DNA of 64,000 nucleotides from Verrucomicrobiota bacterium (lineage in GTDB: Bacteria > Verrucomicrobiota > Verrucomicrobiia > Limisphaerales > UBA11358): assembly GCA_049511835.1 (NCBI GenBank), contig JBEKXN010000011.1:19015-83014 (forward strand). Direction: 5' to 3'. Below, piece by piece: positions 20,896 to 31,894 of this stretch. Every line of letters starts with the position of its first letter. The stretch's first letter is position 1. The notes below the pieces were generated by a model. The model saw only the letters and a list, made by a program, of their open reading frames with translations. It searched no databases and was not told the DNA's origin. The translations under genes and the position numbers were made by a program.

Positions 20896-21245
20896 CTGGA
20901 CAAATTGGCGCAGGAAATTCCCGGTCTGACGACGACGGTCGGCGGCGTTTCGAGGCGTGAAGACTTCCGGCGAATGGTGGATAACTCATCTCACTTTCCT
21001 GTTGCGAGCACATCAAAAAAGGGGGAGCGTGCCCGATGTGGGGTGAAAATTGGAGCGAAGTTCACCATTTCGCCGCAGCCACCGCGCAACACTTTGGCAG
21101 CGACACATCAGCGACACGATTCACGACTGTTTGAACAAACAAGCAATAAACTGGAATCAGCCGCAAGGAACAGGAAATGGGCACCAGCCAAAAAGGAAAA
21201 CATATGTCACAGCGGCTGGAAGACCCGGCGGCCTGAGTTACGCTT

Positions 21246-21848
21246 ATGACAATGCCACGAGAAAACGCATCACCGAAAGACAATCGCGCTGATCAAGTCA
21301 AGATCACCGGGCAAGACGGGCTTTCCGCCGAAGCCAAGGAACTGGCCAAAGTCAAAGACCGTCATCTGCGTCTGGCCGCCGACTTTGAAAATTTCCGCAA
21401 ACGGACCGCCCGGGAGACGGAGCGCCGCGCGGCGGCGCAGAAGGAGGCGTTCATCCACGATTTGCTGCCGGTGATTGACAATCTCGAACGCGCGCTGGAC
21501 AGCGGCAACGCGTCCGCTTCGCCGGAACAACTTCGCCCGGGCGTGCAATTGACGCTTCAGCAGCTTCATCAGCTCCTGCAACGCCACGGCATCGAGCCGG
21601 AGGAAAGCCTGGGCCGGCCATTCGATCCGCATCGGCAGGAAGCCCTGTTCTCGCGCCGCGATCCCGCGCAACCGGACCACACCGTGCTCGAAGTTTCCCA
21701 GCGCGGTTATCGGCGCGGCCAGGAAGTTTTTCGCCCCGCGAAAGTCGTCGTCAACGATCTGAGTCAGCCCGCTTCCGGCCCGGAAGCGGCGGCGAACATC
21801 GCACCGGCCTCACAACCAAGTCACCCGCCCGGGGGAAAGAGCGCCTAA
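21246..21848 (+). CDS. grpE: Nucleotide exchange factor GrpE
   Basis: RLAADFENFRKR, LLPVIDNLERA, FDP...GY....FRPAKVVV. Confidence 0.9.
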   Translation: MTMPRENASPKDNRADQVKITGQDGLSAEAKELAKVKDRHLRLAADFENFRKRTARETERRAAAQKEAFIHDLLPVIDNLERALDSGNASASPEQLRPGVQLTLQQLHQLLQRHGIEPEESLGRPFDPHRQEALFSRRDPAQPDHTVLEVSQRGYRRGQEVFRPAKVVVNDLSQPASGPEAAANIAPASQPSHPPGGKSA

Positions 21849-21934
21849 CATGCATCTGACCACTGAAGAAGTCTTAATCCGTTCGCTCTGTGAACCGTCA
21901 GCTCCGGGCGGCACGATGCCGCCCGCCACGAACC

Positions 21935-22927
21935 ATGCCGGTTGAATTCAAAGATTACTACGCCACTCTCGGCGTGCCGCGCGCCGCCAGCGATGAAGAC
22001 ATCAAAAAAGCCTTCCGCAAGCTGGCCCGGCAGTTCCATCCCGACGTGGCCAGGGACAAGAAGGTGGCCGAGGAAAAGTTCAAGGAGATCAACGAGGCCT
22101 ACGAAGTCCTGAGCGATCCCGAGAAGCGCAAGAAATACGATCAATACGGCTCGGGCTGGAAGGAAGGCGGGGGCTTCGAGCCGCCGCCGGGCTGGCAAGG
22201 CCGCGCCCGGGGCGGCGCCGACGGTGCGGAAACCCATGAGTTTCGTTTCGGCGGCACGGGCTTCAGCGACTTTTTTGAACAACTGTTTGGCCGCGGCCGG
22301 CGCGGCGGGTTTGATTTCGGCGGAAATGGTTTTGATGCGGAAGAATCCACGCCCACCGGCGGCCCGGCGCGCGGCCATGACATCGAAGGAGACATCCTGG
22401 TGGCGCTCGACGAAGTAATGCGCGGCTCGGTGCGCAGCATTTCGCTTCAGCGCACCAACCCGCAGACCGGCCGGACCGAAACCCACAACTTCAAGGTCCG
22501 CATTCCCATCGGCGTCCAGGACGGCCAGACCATTCGCGTCCCCGGCAAGGGCGGTGAGGGCGCGGGCGGCGGCGTGTCCGGCGACCTTTTTCTTCACGTG
22601 CGTTACGCGGCGCATCCGGATTTTCGCGCGCGCGGCGCGGACCTTTATTACGAACTCGACCTTGCGCCGTGGGAAGCCGTGCTTGGCGCCACCGTGAGCG
22701 TGCCCACGCTCGACGGCCCGGTGAGCGTGCGGATTCCGCCCGGCACGAACAACGGTCAGCAATTGCGCGTGCGCGGGCGCGGTCTGCCCAGGGGCCGGAA
22801 CAGCGGGCGCGGCGACCTCTACGCGGCCGTCAAGGTGCAACTGCCCAAACAACCCGGCGCTGAAGAACGCGTGCTCTGGGAAAAACTCCGCCAGACCTCG
22901 CGCTTCAATCCGCGCCAACCCGCCTGA
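21935..22927 (+). CDS. cbpA: DnaJ class II / CbpA-like chaperone
   Basis: J domain with HPD, G/F region, FSDFFE, no zinc finger, APWEAVLG. Confidence 0.88.
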   Translation: MPVEFKDYYATLGVPRAASDEDIKKAFRKLARQFHPDVARDKKVAEEKFKEINEAYEVLSDPEKRKKYDQYGSGWKEGGGFEPPPGWQGRARGGADGAETHEFRFGGTGFSDFFEQLFGRGRRGGFDFGGNGFDAEESTPTGGPARGHDIEGDILVALDEVMRGSVRSISLQRTNPQTGRTETHNFKVRIPIGVQDGQTIRVPGKGGEGAGGGVSGDLFLHVRYAAHPDFRARGADLYYELDLAPWEAVLGATVSVPTLDGPVSVRIPPGTNNGQQLRVRGRGLPRGRNSGRGDLYAAVKVQLPKQPGAEERVLWEKLRQTSRFNPRQPA

Positions 22928-23418
22928 TGAACAATAACTCTGAACTCGACGACCGCGGACTCGTGCTGCCGTGCCCGCAATGCGGCAAACGCAATCGCAT
23001 CGCTTACGAAGGGCTGGGACGGATTTTCCGTTGTGGCAATTGTCACACGGAACTTCGCCCGCCCAGCGAACCGGTGGCGGTGAAAACCGAAGTCGTCTTC
23101 AGCGCCCTCACCAGCCGCTGCGCGCTGCCGGTGCTGGTGGACTTCTGGGCGGAATGGTGCGGCCCCTGCAAAATGGTCGCGCCCGAACTCGCCAAAGTCG
23201 CGGCCGACGGCGCGGGCCAATGGCTCGTGGCCAAGGTGAACACCGAAGAGTTGCCCCATCTTGCGCAACGATTTCGCATCAGCGGCATTCCCACGCTCGT
23301 GCTGTTCCAAGCCGGACGCGAAGTCGCGCGCCAGTCGGGAGCAATGCCCGCCGCGGCGATCCGGCAATTTATCCGGCAAAACCAATTCGCAGGAGCAATG
23401 CATGAAACCCACCGATAA
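22927..23418 (+). CDS. trxC: Thioredoxin 2 with N-terminal zinc finger
   Basis: CPQC...CGNC plus WCGPC. Confidence 0.9.
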   Translation: MNNNSELDDRGLVLPCPQCGKRNRIAYEGLGRIFRCGNCHTELRPPSEPVAVKTEVVFSALTSRCALPVLVDFWAEWCGPCKMVAPELAKVAADGAGQWLVAKVNTEELPHLAQRFRISGIPTLVLFQAGREVARQSGAMPAAAIRQFIRQNQFAGAMHETHR

Positions 23419-23725
23419 AAATCCCGTGCGCGCCATTCAAGTTTTTGAACCGGACACGAACACGGTTTATACCATCGAAGCGGCCGGCCACATCGCCCAG
23501 GTGTCGCGCCGGACAATTCTTGTCTATTACAAGCACGGCCTGGTGTCGCCGGTGGTTGATCCCGAGTGCGGCGGTTACTACTTCAACGACGAGGCCATCC
23601 GCACCCTGCGCCGCATCGAATACCTGCGCGCCAATTGCGGCATAAACATTGTGGGCATCAAAATGATTCTGCACCTGACGAACGAAGTGGAGCGTCTGCG
23701 GGCCGAGGCGCGATTTTTTCGTTAG
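23402..23725 (+). CDS. MerR-like chaperone modulator (CbpM/HspR family)
   Basis: MerR-type HTH, LRRIEYLR...GINIVGIKMILHL..EVERLR; downstream of cbpA. Confidence 0.75.
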   Translation: MKPTDKNPVRAIQVFEPDTNTVYTIEAAGHIAQVSRRTILVYYKHGLVSPVVDPECGGYYFNDEAIRTLRRIEYLRANCGINIVGIKMILHLTNEVERLRAEARFFR

Positions 23726-23790
23726 TAATCCGGGAGGCAAACAATTTTTACGCCGGTCAAATCACAACCAACAAAGAACAGGAGATAAAA

Positions 23791-24387
23791 ATGAATGCCA
23801 ATGTGGATATAAATTGTGAAACGATGGCGGGACTGCTCACCCGTCATTGGTGGTTGCTGGCCTTGCGCGGATTGGCGGCCGTGACGTTTGGCGTGCTGGC
23901 ATTTGTATGGCCCCGAATCACGCTGTTGACTCTGATCATTTTCTTTGGCGCGTATGTTTTGGTGAACGGCGTCTTGTCATTCATCCTCGCGGCCAAGGCT
24001 CCCAAGGACTTTCCGCGATTCACCGGTTTGATTTTGCCGGGATTGGTCAGCGTGGCGGCGGGCGCGGTCGCCTGCGGCATGCCCGGCATCACCGCGCTCG
24101 CCTTGCTGGTGGTCATCGCGACCTGGTCATGCCTGAACGGCATCATGGAAATCGTCTCGGCCATACGATTGCGTAAGGAGATTAACAACGAATGGCTATG
24201 GATTTTGGCTGGCCTCGTTTCGATCGTGTTTGGCGTGCTGGTTCTGATCTGGCCGGGCGCGGGCGCGCTGGCGCTGATCTGGTGGATAGGAGCTTCCTCG
24301 GTTTTCTTTGGCGTCATGCTCATCGCGCTGGCCTTTCGAATGCGCCGTTGGAAGGGCTTTGCGTCACCAGCACCAGGCCCCGCCTGA
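23791..24387 (+). CDS. HdeD family acid-resistance membrane protein
   Basis: WWLLALRGL..FG, six hydrophobic segments, repeated WP motifs. Confidence 0.85.
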   Translation: MNANVDINCETMAGLLTRHWWLLALRGLAAVTFGVLAFVWPRITLLTLIIFFGAYVLVNGVLSFILAAKAPKDFPRFTGLILPGLVSVAAGAVACGMPGITALALLVVIATWSCLNGIMEIVSAIRLRKEINNEWLWILAGLVSIVFGVLVLIWPGAGALALIWWIGASSVFFGVMLIALAFRMRRWKGFASPAPGPA

Positions 24388-24426
24388 ACTGGCAACCCAT
24401 GACCAACCATGAAACTTAACCAAAGC

Positions 24427-24483
24427 GAAATACGTCTGCGCTCCGGGAAGCGCGCGCACTTTCTCCTTTTGGACCTCAACTAA
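24427..24483 (+). pseudogene. Probable pirin C-terminal remnant
   Basis: EIRLRSGKRAHFLLLDLN* resembles the end of the pirin at 10557-11252 (LELSATKQAQVLLFDLN*). Confidence 0.45.
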
Positions 24484-24495
24484 CCCGTAACCAAT

Positions 24496-25062
24496 ATGAA
24501 CAAACCAATCACCATTCTCGGCATCGCCGGCAGTCTTCGGCGTCAATCCTATAACCGCAGCGCTTTGCGCGCCGCCAGGCAGCTCACGCCGGAAGGCGTC
24601 ACCCTCGACATCTTTGAAATTGATGGCCTCCCCGGCTTCAATGAAGACGAGGAGAAAAACCCGCCCGCCAAAGTCGTGGAGTTGAAGAAACGAATACGCG
24701 CGGCGGATGCCCTGCTGATTGTGACGCCCGAATATAATTATTCGATTCCGGGCGTGTTGAAGAACGCCATTGACTGGGCGTCCCGGCCTTACGGCGACAG
24801 TGCCTGGTCCGGGAAACCGGCGGCGATCATGGGCGCGTCGGTTGGAACAATTGGCACGGCGCGGGCGCAATATCATCTGCGCCAGGTGTTCGTGGCCCTG
24901 AATGTATTGCCCATCAACCAGCCGGAGGTGATGATTGGCAATGCCGCCGAGCGATTCGACGCGCAGGGGAATTTGACGGATGAGAGGACAAAAAAACATA
25001 TCCGTCAGTTGCTGCAAAATCTTGCGGAGTGGGCCCGGCGGATCCGCGGGAGCGGTTTATGA
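24496..25062 (+). CDS. NADPH-dependent FMN reductase (ChrR-like)
   Basis: GSLRRQSYN, TPEYNYSIPGVLKNAIDW, AQYHLRQ. Confidence 0.92.
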   Translation: MNKPITILGIAGSLRRQSYNRSALRAARQLTPEGVTLDIFEIDGLPGFNEDEEKNPPAKVVELKKRIRAADALLIVTPEYNYSIPGVLKNAIDWASRPYGDSAWSGKPAAIMGASVGTIGTARAQYHLRQVFVALNVLPINQPEVMIGNAAERFDAQGNLTDERTKKHIRQLLQNLAEWARRIRGSGL

Positions 25063-25104
25063 ACTCGAGAAAGATACCCAAATAAAACAAAGCCTGAAAA
25101 CGGG

Positions 25105-25968
25105 ATGCAGGTAACAAGAAAGTATATGACCAAAGTTCTTTTCATTTCCATTTTGGCATCGCTGGGTGCGGCAGCCGTGGCGTGGGGATTATTTTTGGAG
25201 TCGTTTAAGGGAAAGCCAGAATTTCGGGACATAGAGGATTTCAGATCGTCTGAACAGAAATCCCATTGCGGGCAAAAATGGGTTTTTTGGGGGGTTATCG
25301 CTGAAATGATACTTGGGTTCGGCATCGTTATTTGGGAAGGGGCAGACATGATAAAAACAGACAGGAAAATTGAAGAAGCCGACACGCGCAATCTACCAAT
25401 TGATTCTATTGCCGGATATGCCCGCGTCGAAATAAAGCCACAGGGAGATCGAGAAATGCAATTTGTAAGAAATCTCCACCAAGTTTCAGCCAACAGCGAA
25501 CCAATTTTTAGTCCTGCACAAATGCAAAAGGGTGAAACGGCGATATTATATTTGGCAAAACACCCGATGAATGACCCCGGAGCCGTAGAAATGGGAGTTG
25601 TCGCACAGGTGGTTTTTGTGGGAACAGTTTTGGGGGAAGGGATAGGTGTCAGAAAGTCGCTGCCATATGTTCCAAATATCTGTTTTGATTTATCCTTTAA
25701 TTCACAACAAAGCGGGGTTTGGAATCTGAATGATGTGACTTTTAATGAATTAAATTTTGTGCAGATTGTTGGGGTAGGAAGAGATGAGGTGCTGACTCCA
25801 ATGGTGGTTATCGGTGGGGAAATTGACCTAAAATTGGGGCTATGGAGAAAAACCTTCTTAATTCCACCGCAGACAAACCAGTTTTGGAGAGTTTCCAGCT
25901 TTAAGACAAATGGCGCATTCGTGCCAGCAGGGTATGGACTTGTAACCAATTCTGTGCCCGCAAGGTAA
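25105..25968 (+). CDS. Hypothetical membrane protein, AT-richer than flanks
   Basis: 287-aa ORF, two N-terminal hydrophobic segments; no family recognised. Confidence 0.6.
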   Translation: MQVTRKYMTKVLFISILASLGAAAVAWGLFLESFKGKPEFRDIEDFRSSEQKSHCGQKWVFWGVIAEMILGFGIVIWEGADMIKTDRKIEEADTRNLPIDSIAGYARVEIKPQGDREMQFVRNLHQVSANSEPIFSPAQMQKGETAILYLAKHPMNDPGAVEMGVVAQVVFVGTVLGEGIGVRKSLPYVPNICFDLSFNSQQSGVWNLNDVTFNELNFVQIVGVGRDEVLTPMVVIGGEIDLKLGLWRKTFLIPPQTNQFWRVSSFKTNGAFVPAGYGLVTNSVPAR

Positions 25969-26118
25969 ATTTTATACGTCCATGCCGCAATTTCGTGCCA
26001 AATCCGGCTTTGTAAAGCCCAAGCCCATTTCAAATTAAGGCAGTACCCAACTTATGGACGACTTGACACCGCCAAGGGGACAACCGAAAGTCATCCTTTG
26101 CCAAAACCCGGAGCGCCG

Positions 26119-28128
<2,010 letters not shown>

Positions 28129-28130
28129 AT

Positions 28131-28217
28131 GGCGCCGCCGGGTCCAGGCGCGGGCTGGCTCCCGCTGCGGAACGATTTTTGAAATTTGCAAAAGAAGCCG
28201 CGTTGACGAAACGGTGA
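28131..28217 (+). pseudogene. LysR regulator C-terminal remnant
   Basis: GAAGSRRGLAPAAERFLKFAKEAALTKR* vs GTAWSERGLAPAAERFLKCAQDTALKK* of the lysR at 9301-10194. Confidence 0.75.
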
Positions 28218-28426
28218 GTGCGAGCATAACCGTCAATACTTCGGTTCCCATGGCAGAAAAGGATTGGCAGAGGACAATTTTGATCGAGGCGGCGATTTTG
28301 TCTGCGCCCGGTGAACAAGCAGTGAACAAAAGGTGAATAACTAAGTTCAAAAAAGGCTTGTTAAAAAATGGATGCAAGATAGTTGAGCTATTAGGTGGAA
28401 GTATTAGGCGGAAGTTATGGGATCAT

Positions 28427-29530
28427 ATGACTGCTCATCAACTCTTTCAGCCGTTCCGTTTGAAGACTCTTGAACTCAAGAACCGGGTGGTCATGGCTCC
28501 CATGACGCGCTCGTTTTCTCCCGGCGGGGTGCCCACTTCGGGTGTGGCGGACTATTATGCCCGCCGCGCTGAAGGGGAAGTCGGACTGATCCTGTCCGAG
28601 GGCACCGTGGTAAATCGGCCCGCTGCTTCCAATGATCCGAACATTCCCCATTTTTACGGCAAGCAGGCACTCCAAGGGTGGAAGGCGGTGATTGACAAGG
28701 TGCATGCCGCCGGTGGTGTCATGGCGCCGCAACTTTGGCACATGGGCGTGGTGCCTCCCGATGAATCCGGTTGGCTGCCGACCACTCCGTTCGAAGGGCC
28801 TTCGGGCTGCGTCGCACCCGGGAAAATCGGCGGCGTCGCGATGACGGAACACGATATCGCCGAAACCATCCGGGCGTTCGCGCAAGCGGCGGTGGAGGCC
28901 AAAGCACTGGGATTTGACGCGGTTGAGATTCATGGAGCGCATGGTTATTTGATTGACCAGTTCTTTTGGCACCCCACCAATCAGCGCACCGACGGTTACG
29001 GAGGCCAAACTTTGGCCGAGCGCAGCCGATTCGCCGCGGAACTTGTTCGCGCCGTTCGCAAGGCCGTCGGCCCGGACTTCCCGGTCGGTCTCCGTGTGTC
29101 GCAATGGAAACCTCAGGATTATGCCGCGAAGCTCGCGGCTACGCCCCAGGAGATGGAGGCGTGGCTGGTTCCATTGGCCGCAGCGGGGGTTGACATCTTC
29201 CATTGTTCGCAGCGCCGGTTCTGGGAGCCCGAGTTCACCGGCTCTGATTTGAACTTTGCCGGATGGGCTAAAAAGCTGACGGGTAAACCCACCGTCACGG
29301 TGGGCTCAGTCGGGCTTTCAGGAGATTTTTCCGCCGCCCTCCAGTTTGGCGAAAGCGCGACGCCCCGCCCGTTGGATGAACTCTTCCGGCGTTTGGACCG
29401 GGGAGATTTCGACCTGGTGGCCGTAGGCCGCCCCCTGCTCGCCGACGCGGAATGGACCCGAAAAATTCACGAAGGGCGTTCCTCCGAATTGGTCGGTTAT
29501 AGCAAAGAGGCTCTCGCCACTCTTTCGTAA
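28427..29530 (+). CDS. NADH:flavin oxidoreductase (old yellow enzyme family)
   Basis: NRVVMAPMTR, EIHGAHGYLIDQF, RTDGYGG, VAVGR. Confidence 0.93.
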   Translation: MTAHQLFQPFRLKTLELKNRVVMAPMTRSFSPGGVPTSGVADYYARRAEGEVGLILSEGTVVNRPAASNDPNIPHFYGKQALQGWKAVIDKVHAAGGVMAPQLWHMGVVPPDESGWLPTTPFEGPSGCVAPGKIGGVAMTEHDIAETIRAFAQAAVEAKALGFDAVEIHGAHGYLIDQFFWHPTNQRTDGYGGQTLAERSRFAAELVRAVRKAVGPDFPVGLRVSQWKPQDYAAKLAATPQEMEAWLVPLAAAGVDIFHCSQRRFWEPEFTGSDLNFAGWAKKLTGKPTVTVGSVGLSGDFSAALQFGESATPRPLDELFRRLDRGDFDLVAVGRPLLADAEWTRKIHEGRSSELVGYSKEALATLS

Positions 29531-29592
29531 TCCTTATGCGATAATCGTGTTGCCATGCGGATCCCATCACCATCGTACCAAAGGATATCATA

Positions 29593-30036
29593 ATGAAAAC
29601 ACCAGCAATCCCACATGAGAAAAAGAGTCGAGCGCCGGCCGCTGACAAAGCTGCTCCATCAAAATCCAAAAGGCAATCGAAGAGAAGCGTGGCCAATGTC
29701 CTCGCTCCAAAGACCAAGGTAATCGCCAGGCATGTTCCGTTGTTGCTCGAGCGGTTTCCGAACCCCGATAAGAAGTGCGTTTGCCTTGGATTCTATGCTC
29801 CCGAGGCACAGGCGGTGTTCGTAGCTGGCTCCTTCAACGATTGGCATCCATCCGCCATGCCTCTGCAAAAACAATCCGATGGCCGTTGGGTGGTGGAGTT
29901 GATGATCGAGCCAGGGAGGCATGAATATCGGTTCGTCGTTGATGGTCAGTGGACCGACGATCCGCTGTCGTCGGCTTACGTATCGAATCCATTCGGCGGT
30001 TTGAATTGCGTTCTAGTGGCCGCCCTCCAGGACTAG
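29593..30036 (+). CDS. Glycogen-binding (CBM48/AMPK1-CBM) domain protein
   Basis: VFVAGSFNDW, PGRHEYRFVVDGQW, NPFGGLN. Confidence 0.8.
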   Translation: MKTPAIPHEKKSRAPAADKAAPSKSKRQSKRSVANVLAPKTKVIARHVPLLLERFPNPDKKCVCLGFYAPEAQAVFVAGSFNDWHPSAMPLQKQSDGRWVVELMIEPGRHEYRFVVDGQWTDDPLSSAYVSNPFGGLNCVLVAALQD

Positions 30037-30169
30037 GTCCATGATTGGAATATTTCAGAAATGCTCCGGCAATCCGAGAGTAGATTTCGCCGTTGCTGCC
30101 CGAAAAGATCGGCGGACAGGCAGTATGCGGTCGGGTTAACCATCTCGCCGATTGAGAAAGGATAAAGAA

Positions 30170-30628
30170 ATGAACGCATTAACACGCTGGGAATCCAAAG
30201 AATTGGATGCCCTCCAGAATCGCCTGTCCAGGTTCTTTGGCCTGGCACCGGGCGACACGACCACTGGCGGTCAGGAATTGATGACCGTGGCTGAATGGGC
30301 GCCCTCGGTGGACATCAGCGAAGACGACAAAGAATGGCTCGTCAAAGCTGACCTTCCGGAGGTGAAAAAGGAGGACGTGAAGGTGACCGTCGAGAACGGG
30401 GTGCTGACGGTTACGGGCGAGCGCAAGTTCGAGAAGGAGGAGAAGGACAAGAAATATCACCGCATCGAGCGGGCGTATGGCAACTTCTTCCGGAGCTTCG
30501 CGCTGCCGGAGGGCGCCGACGGCGCCAAAGTCAGCGCGGAGTTCAAGGACGGCGTGCTGAAGGTCCATCTGCCGAAGAGTGAAGAGGCGAAAACGAAAGC
30601 GAAAGCCATCAATGTGAAGGTGGCCTGA
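30170..30628 (+). CDS. Hsp20/alpha-crystallin small heat-shock protein
   Basis: WAPSVDI, LTVTGERK, ERAYGNFFRSF.LP, AEFKDGVLKV.LPK; RBS AAAGGA. Confidence 0.95.
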   Translation: MNALTRWESKELDALQNRLSRFFGLAPGDTTTGGQELMTVAEWAPSVDISEDDKEWLVKADLPEVKKEDVKVTVENGVLTVTGERKFEKEEKDKKYHRIERAYGNFFRSFALPEGADGAKVSAEFKDGVLKVHLPKSEEAKTKAKAINVKVA

Positions 30629-30641
30629 GGAGCTGGTTCCG

Positions 30642-30669
30642 GCCGCGGTGATTTGAGAATCGCCGCGGC
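30642..30669 (+). terminator. GC-rich hairpin after hsp20 (no U-tract)
   Basis: GCCGCGGTGATT-TGAG-AATCGCCGCGGC. Confidence 0.35.
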
Positions 30670-30713
30670 GCAGGGAAAGAATGCAATGGACACGCCCATC
30701 AATGGAGAAAGCT

Positions 30714-31319
30714 ATGAACAACCCGCAGAAAGCCGCCAAGCCCGAAGTTCCCATGAGCGTGAGGGATGCCATTTATCATCGCCGCGCCGTGCGGGACTAT
30801 ACACCCCGGACAATCGACCCAGCCGTCATCCGCACACTGCTCGATGCCGCCGTCCATGCGCCCACGGCCATGCACGAGGAGCCCTGGTCATTCGCCGTCA
30901 TTCAGGATAAGTCCGTGCTGAACCGCTTGTCGGACAGCGCCAAAGAGCGGGTGCGCAGCGAGGTACAAGGTTCCGATTCCCACCACGCCAAGCATTCGCT
31001 GGAGCTGGTGAACGCACCGGATTTCCATGTTTTCTATAACGCCGGCACGCTGATCGTCATCTACAGCAAATTCCCGGGGCCGTTTGTCGTGGCGGATTGC
31101 TGGCTGGCGGCGGAAAACCTGATGCTGGCCGCCTGCGCCAAAGGGCTGGGCACCTGCGTCATCGGCTTTGCGGTTTCGGCGCTAAACTCGGCGGAGTGGA
31201 AGGCGGAATTGAAAATCCCCGCTGAAATGACGGTCATCGCGCCGATCATTGTGGGCGTGCCCGCCGGCGCAACGCCGCCCGTGCCCCGCAAACAGCCGGA
31301 AATTCTTACCTGGAAATAA
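30714..31319 (+). CDS. Nitroreductase family protein
   Basis: AIYHRRAVRDY, APTA...PW.F, ENLMLAA..GLGTC.IG. Confidence 0.88.
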   Translation: MNNPQKAAKPEVPMSVRDAIYHRRAVRDYTPRTIDPAVIRTLLDAAVHAPTAMHEEPWSFAVIQDKSVLNRLSDSAKERVRSEVQGSDSHHAKHSLELVNAPDFHVFYNAGTLIVIYSKFPGPFVVADCWLAAENLMLAACAKGLGTCVIGFAVSALNSAEWKAELKIPAEMTVIAPIIVGVPAGATPPVPRKQPEILTWK

Positions 31320-31330
31320 CGCGGGCACCT

Positions 31331-31888
31331 ATGAACGAGCACAAAAGCCAGTTCAGGCAAAGCCTTCCGGGCCAGCCCGGCCTGCTCTTTGTTGTTCAAA
31401 AGCACCAGGGGCGAAATCTTCATTACGATTTCCGGCTTGAGGTGAATGGCGTGTTGAAGTCGTGGGCCTTGCCCAAAGGTCCCTCACGCGACCCGGCGGT
31501 CAAACGGCTTGCCGTGCCCGTGGAAGATCACCCCGTAGAATACGCGGACTTTGAGGGCGTTATCTCTGCCGGCCAATATGGCGCAGGGCCCGTCATGGTT
31601 TGGGACCATGGTACTTATACCCCTGAAGCTTCCGCTGATGTTTCTGCCAGCCTTGAAAACGGAGAACTGAAGTTCGTACTATATGGCCAGAAGCTTCGAG
31701 GTTCCTGGGTGCTGGTTCGTACCCGGAATAACAATTGGCTCTTAATCAAGCACCGCGATGCCTACGCGTCGGGGGAAGATGTCACCGAACTTGAACCGCG
31801 ATCAGTCGTCAGCGGCCGGCTGCTTTCCGAGATCCTTGCGGATGAGGGACACGCCGCCAAGGTAAAGGGCTCCCGGCAATACACATGA
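31331..31888 (+). CDS. Stand-alone LigD 3'-phosphoesterase domain
   Basis: VVQKH..RNLHYDFRLE, KSWALPKGPS, RLAVPVEDHP, YGAG.V.VWD.G. Confidence 0.9.
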   Translation: MNEHKSQFRQSLPGQPGLLFVVQKHQGRNLHYDFRLEVNGVLKSWALPKGPSRDPAVKRLAVPVEDHPVEYADFEGVISAGQYGAGPVMVWDHGTYTPEASADVSASLENGELKFVLYGQKLRGSWVLVRTRNNNWLLIKHRDAYASGEDVTELEPRSVVSGRLLSEILADEGHAAKVKGSRQYT

Positions 31889-31894
31889 GGGAAC

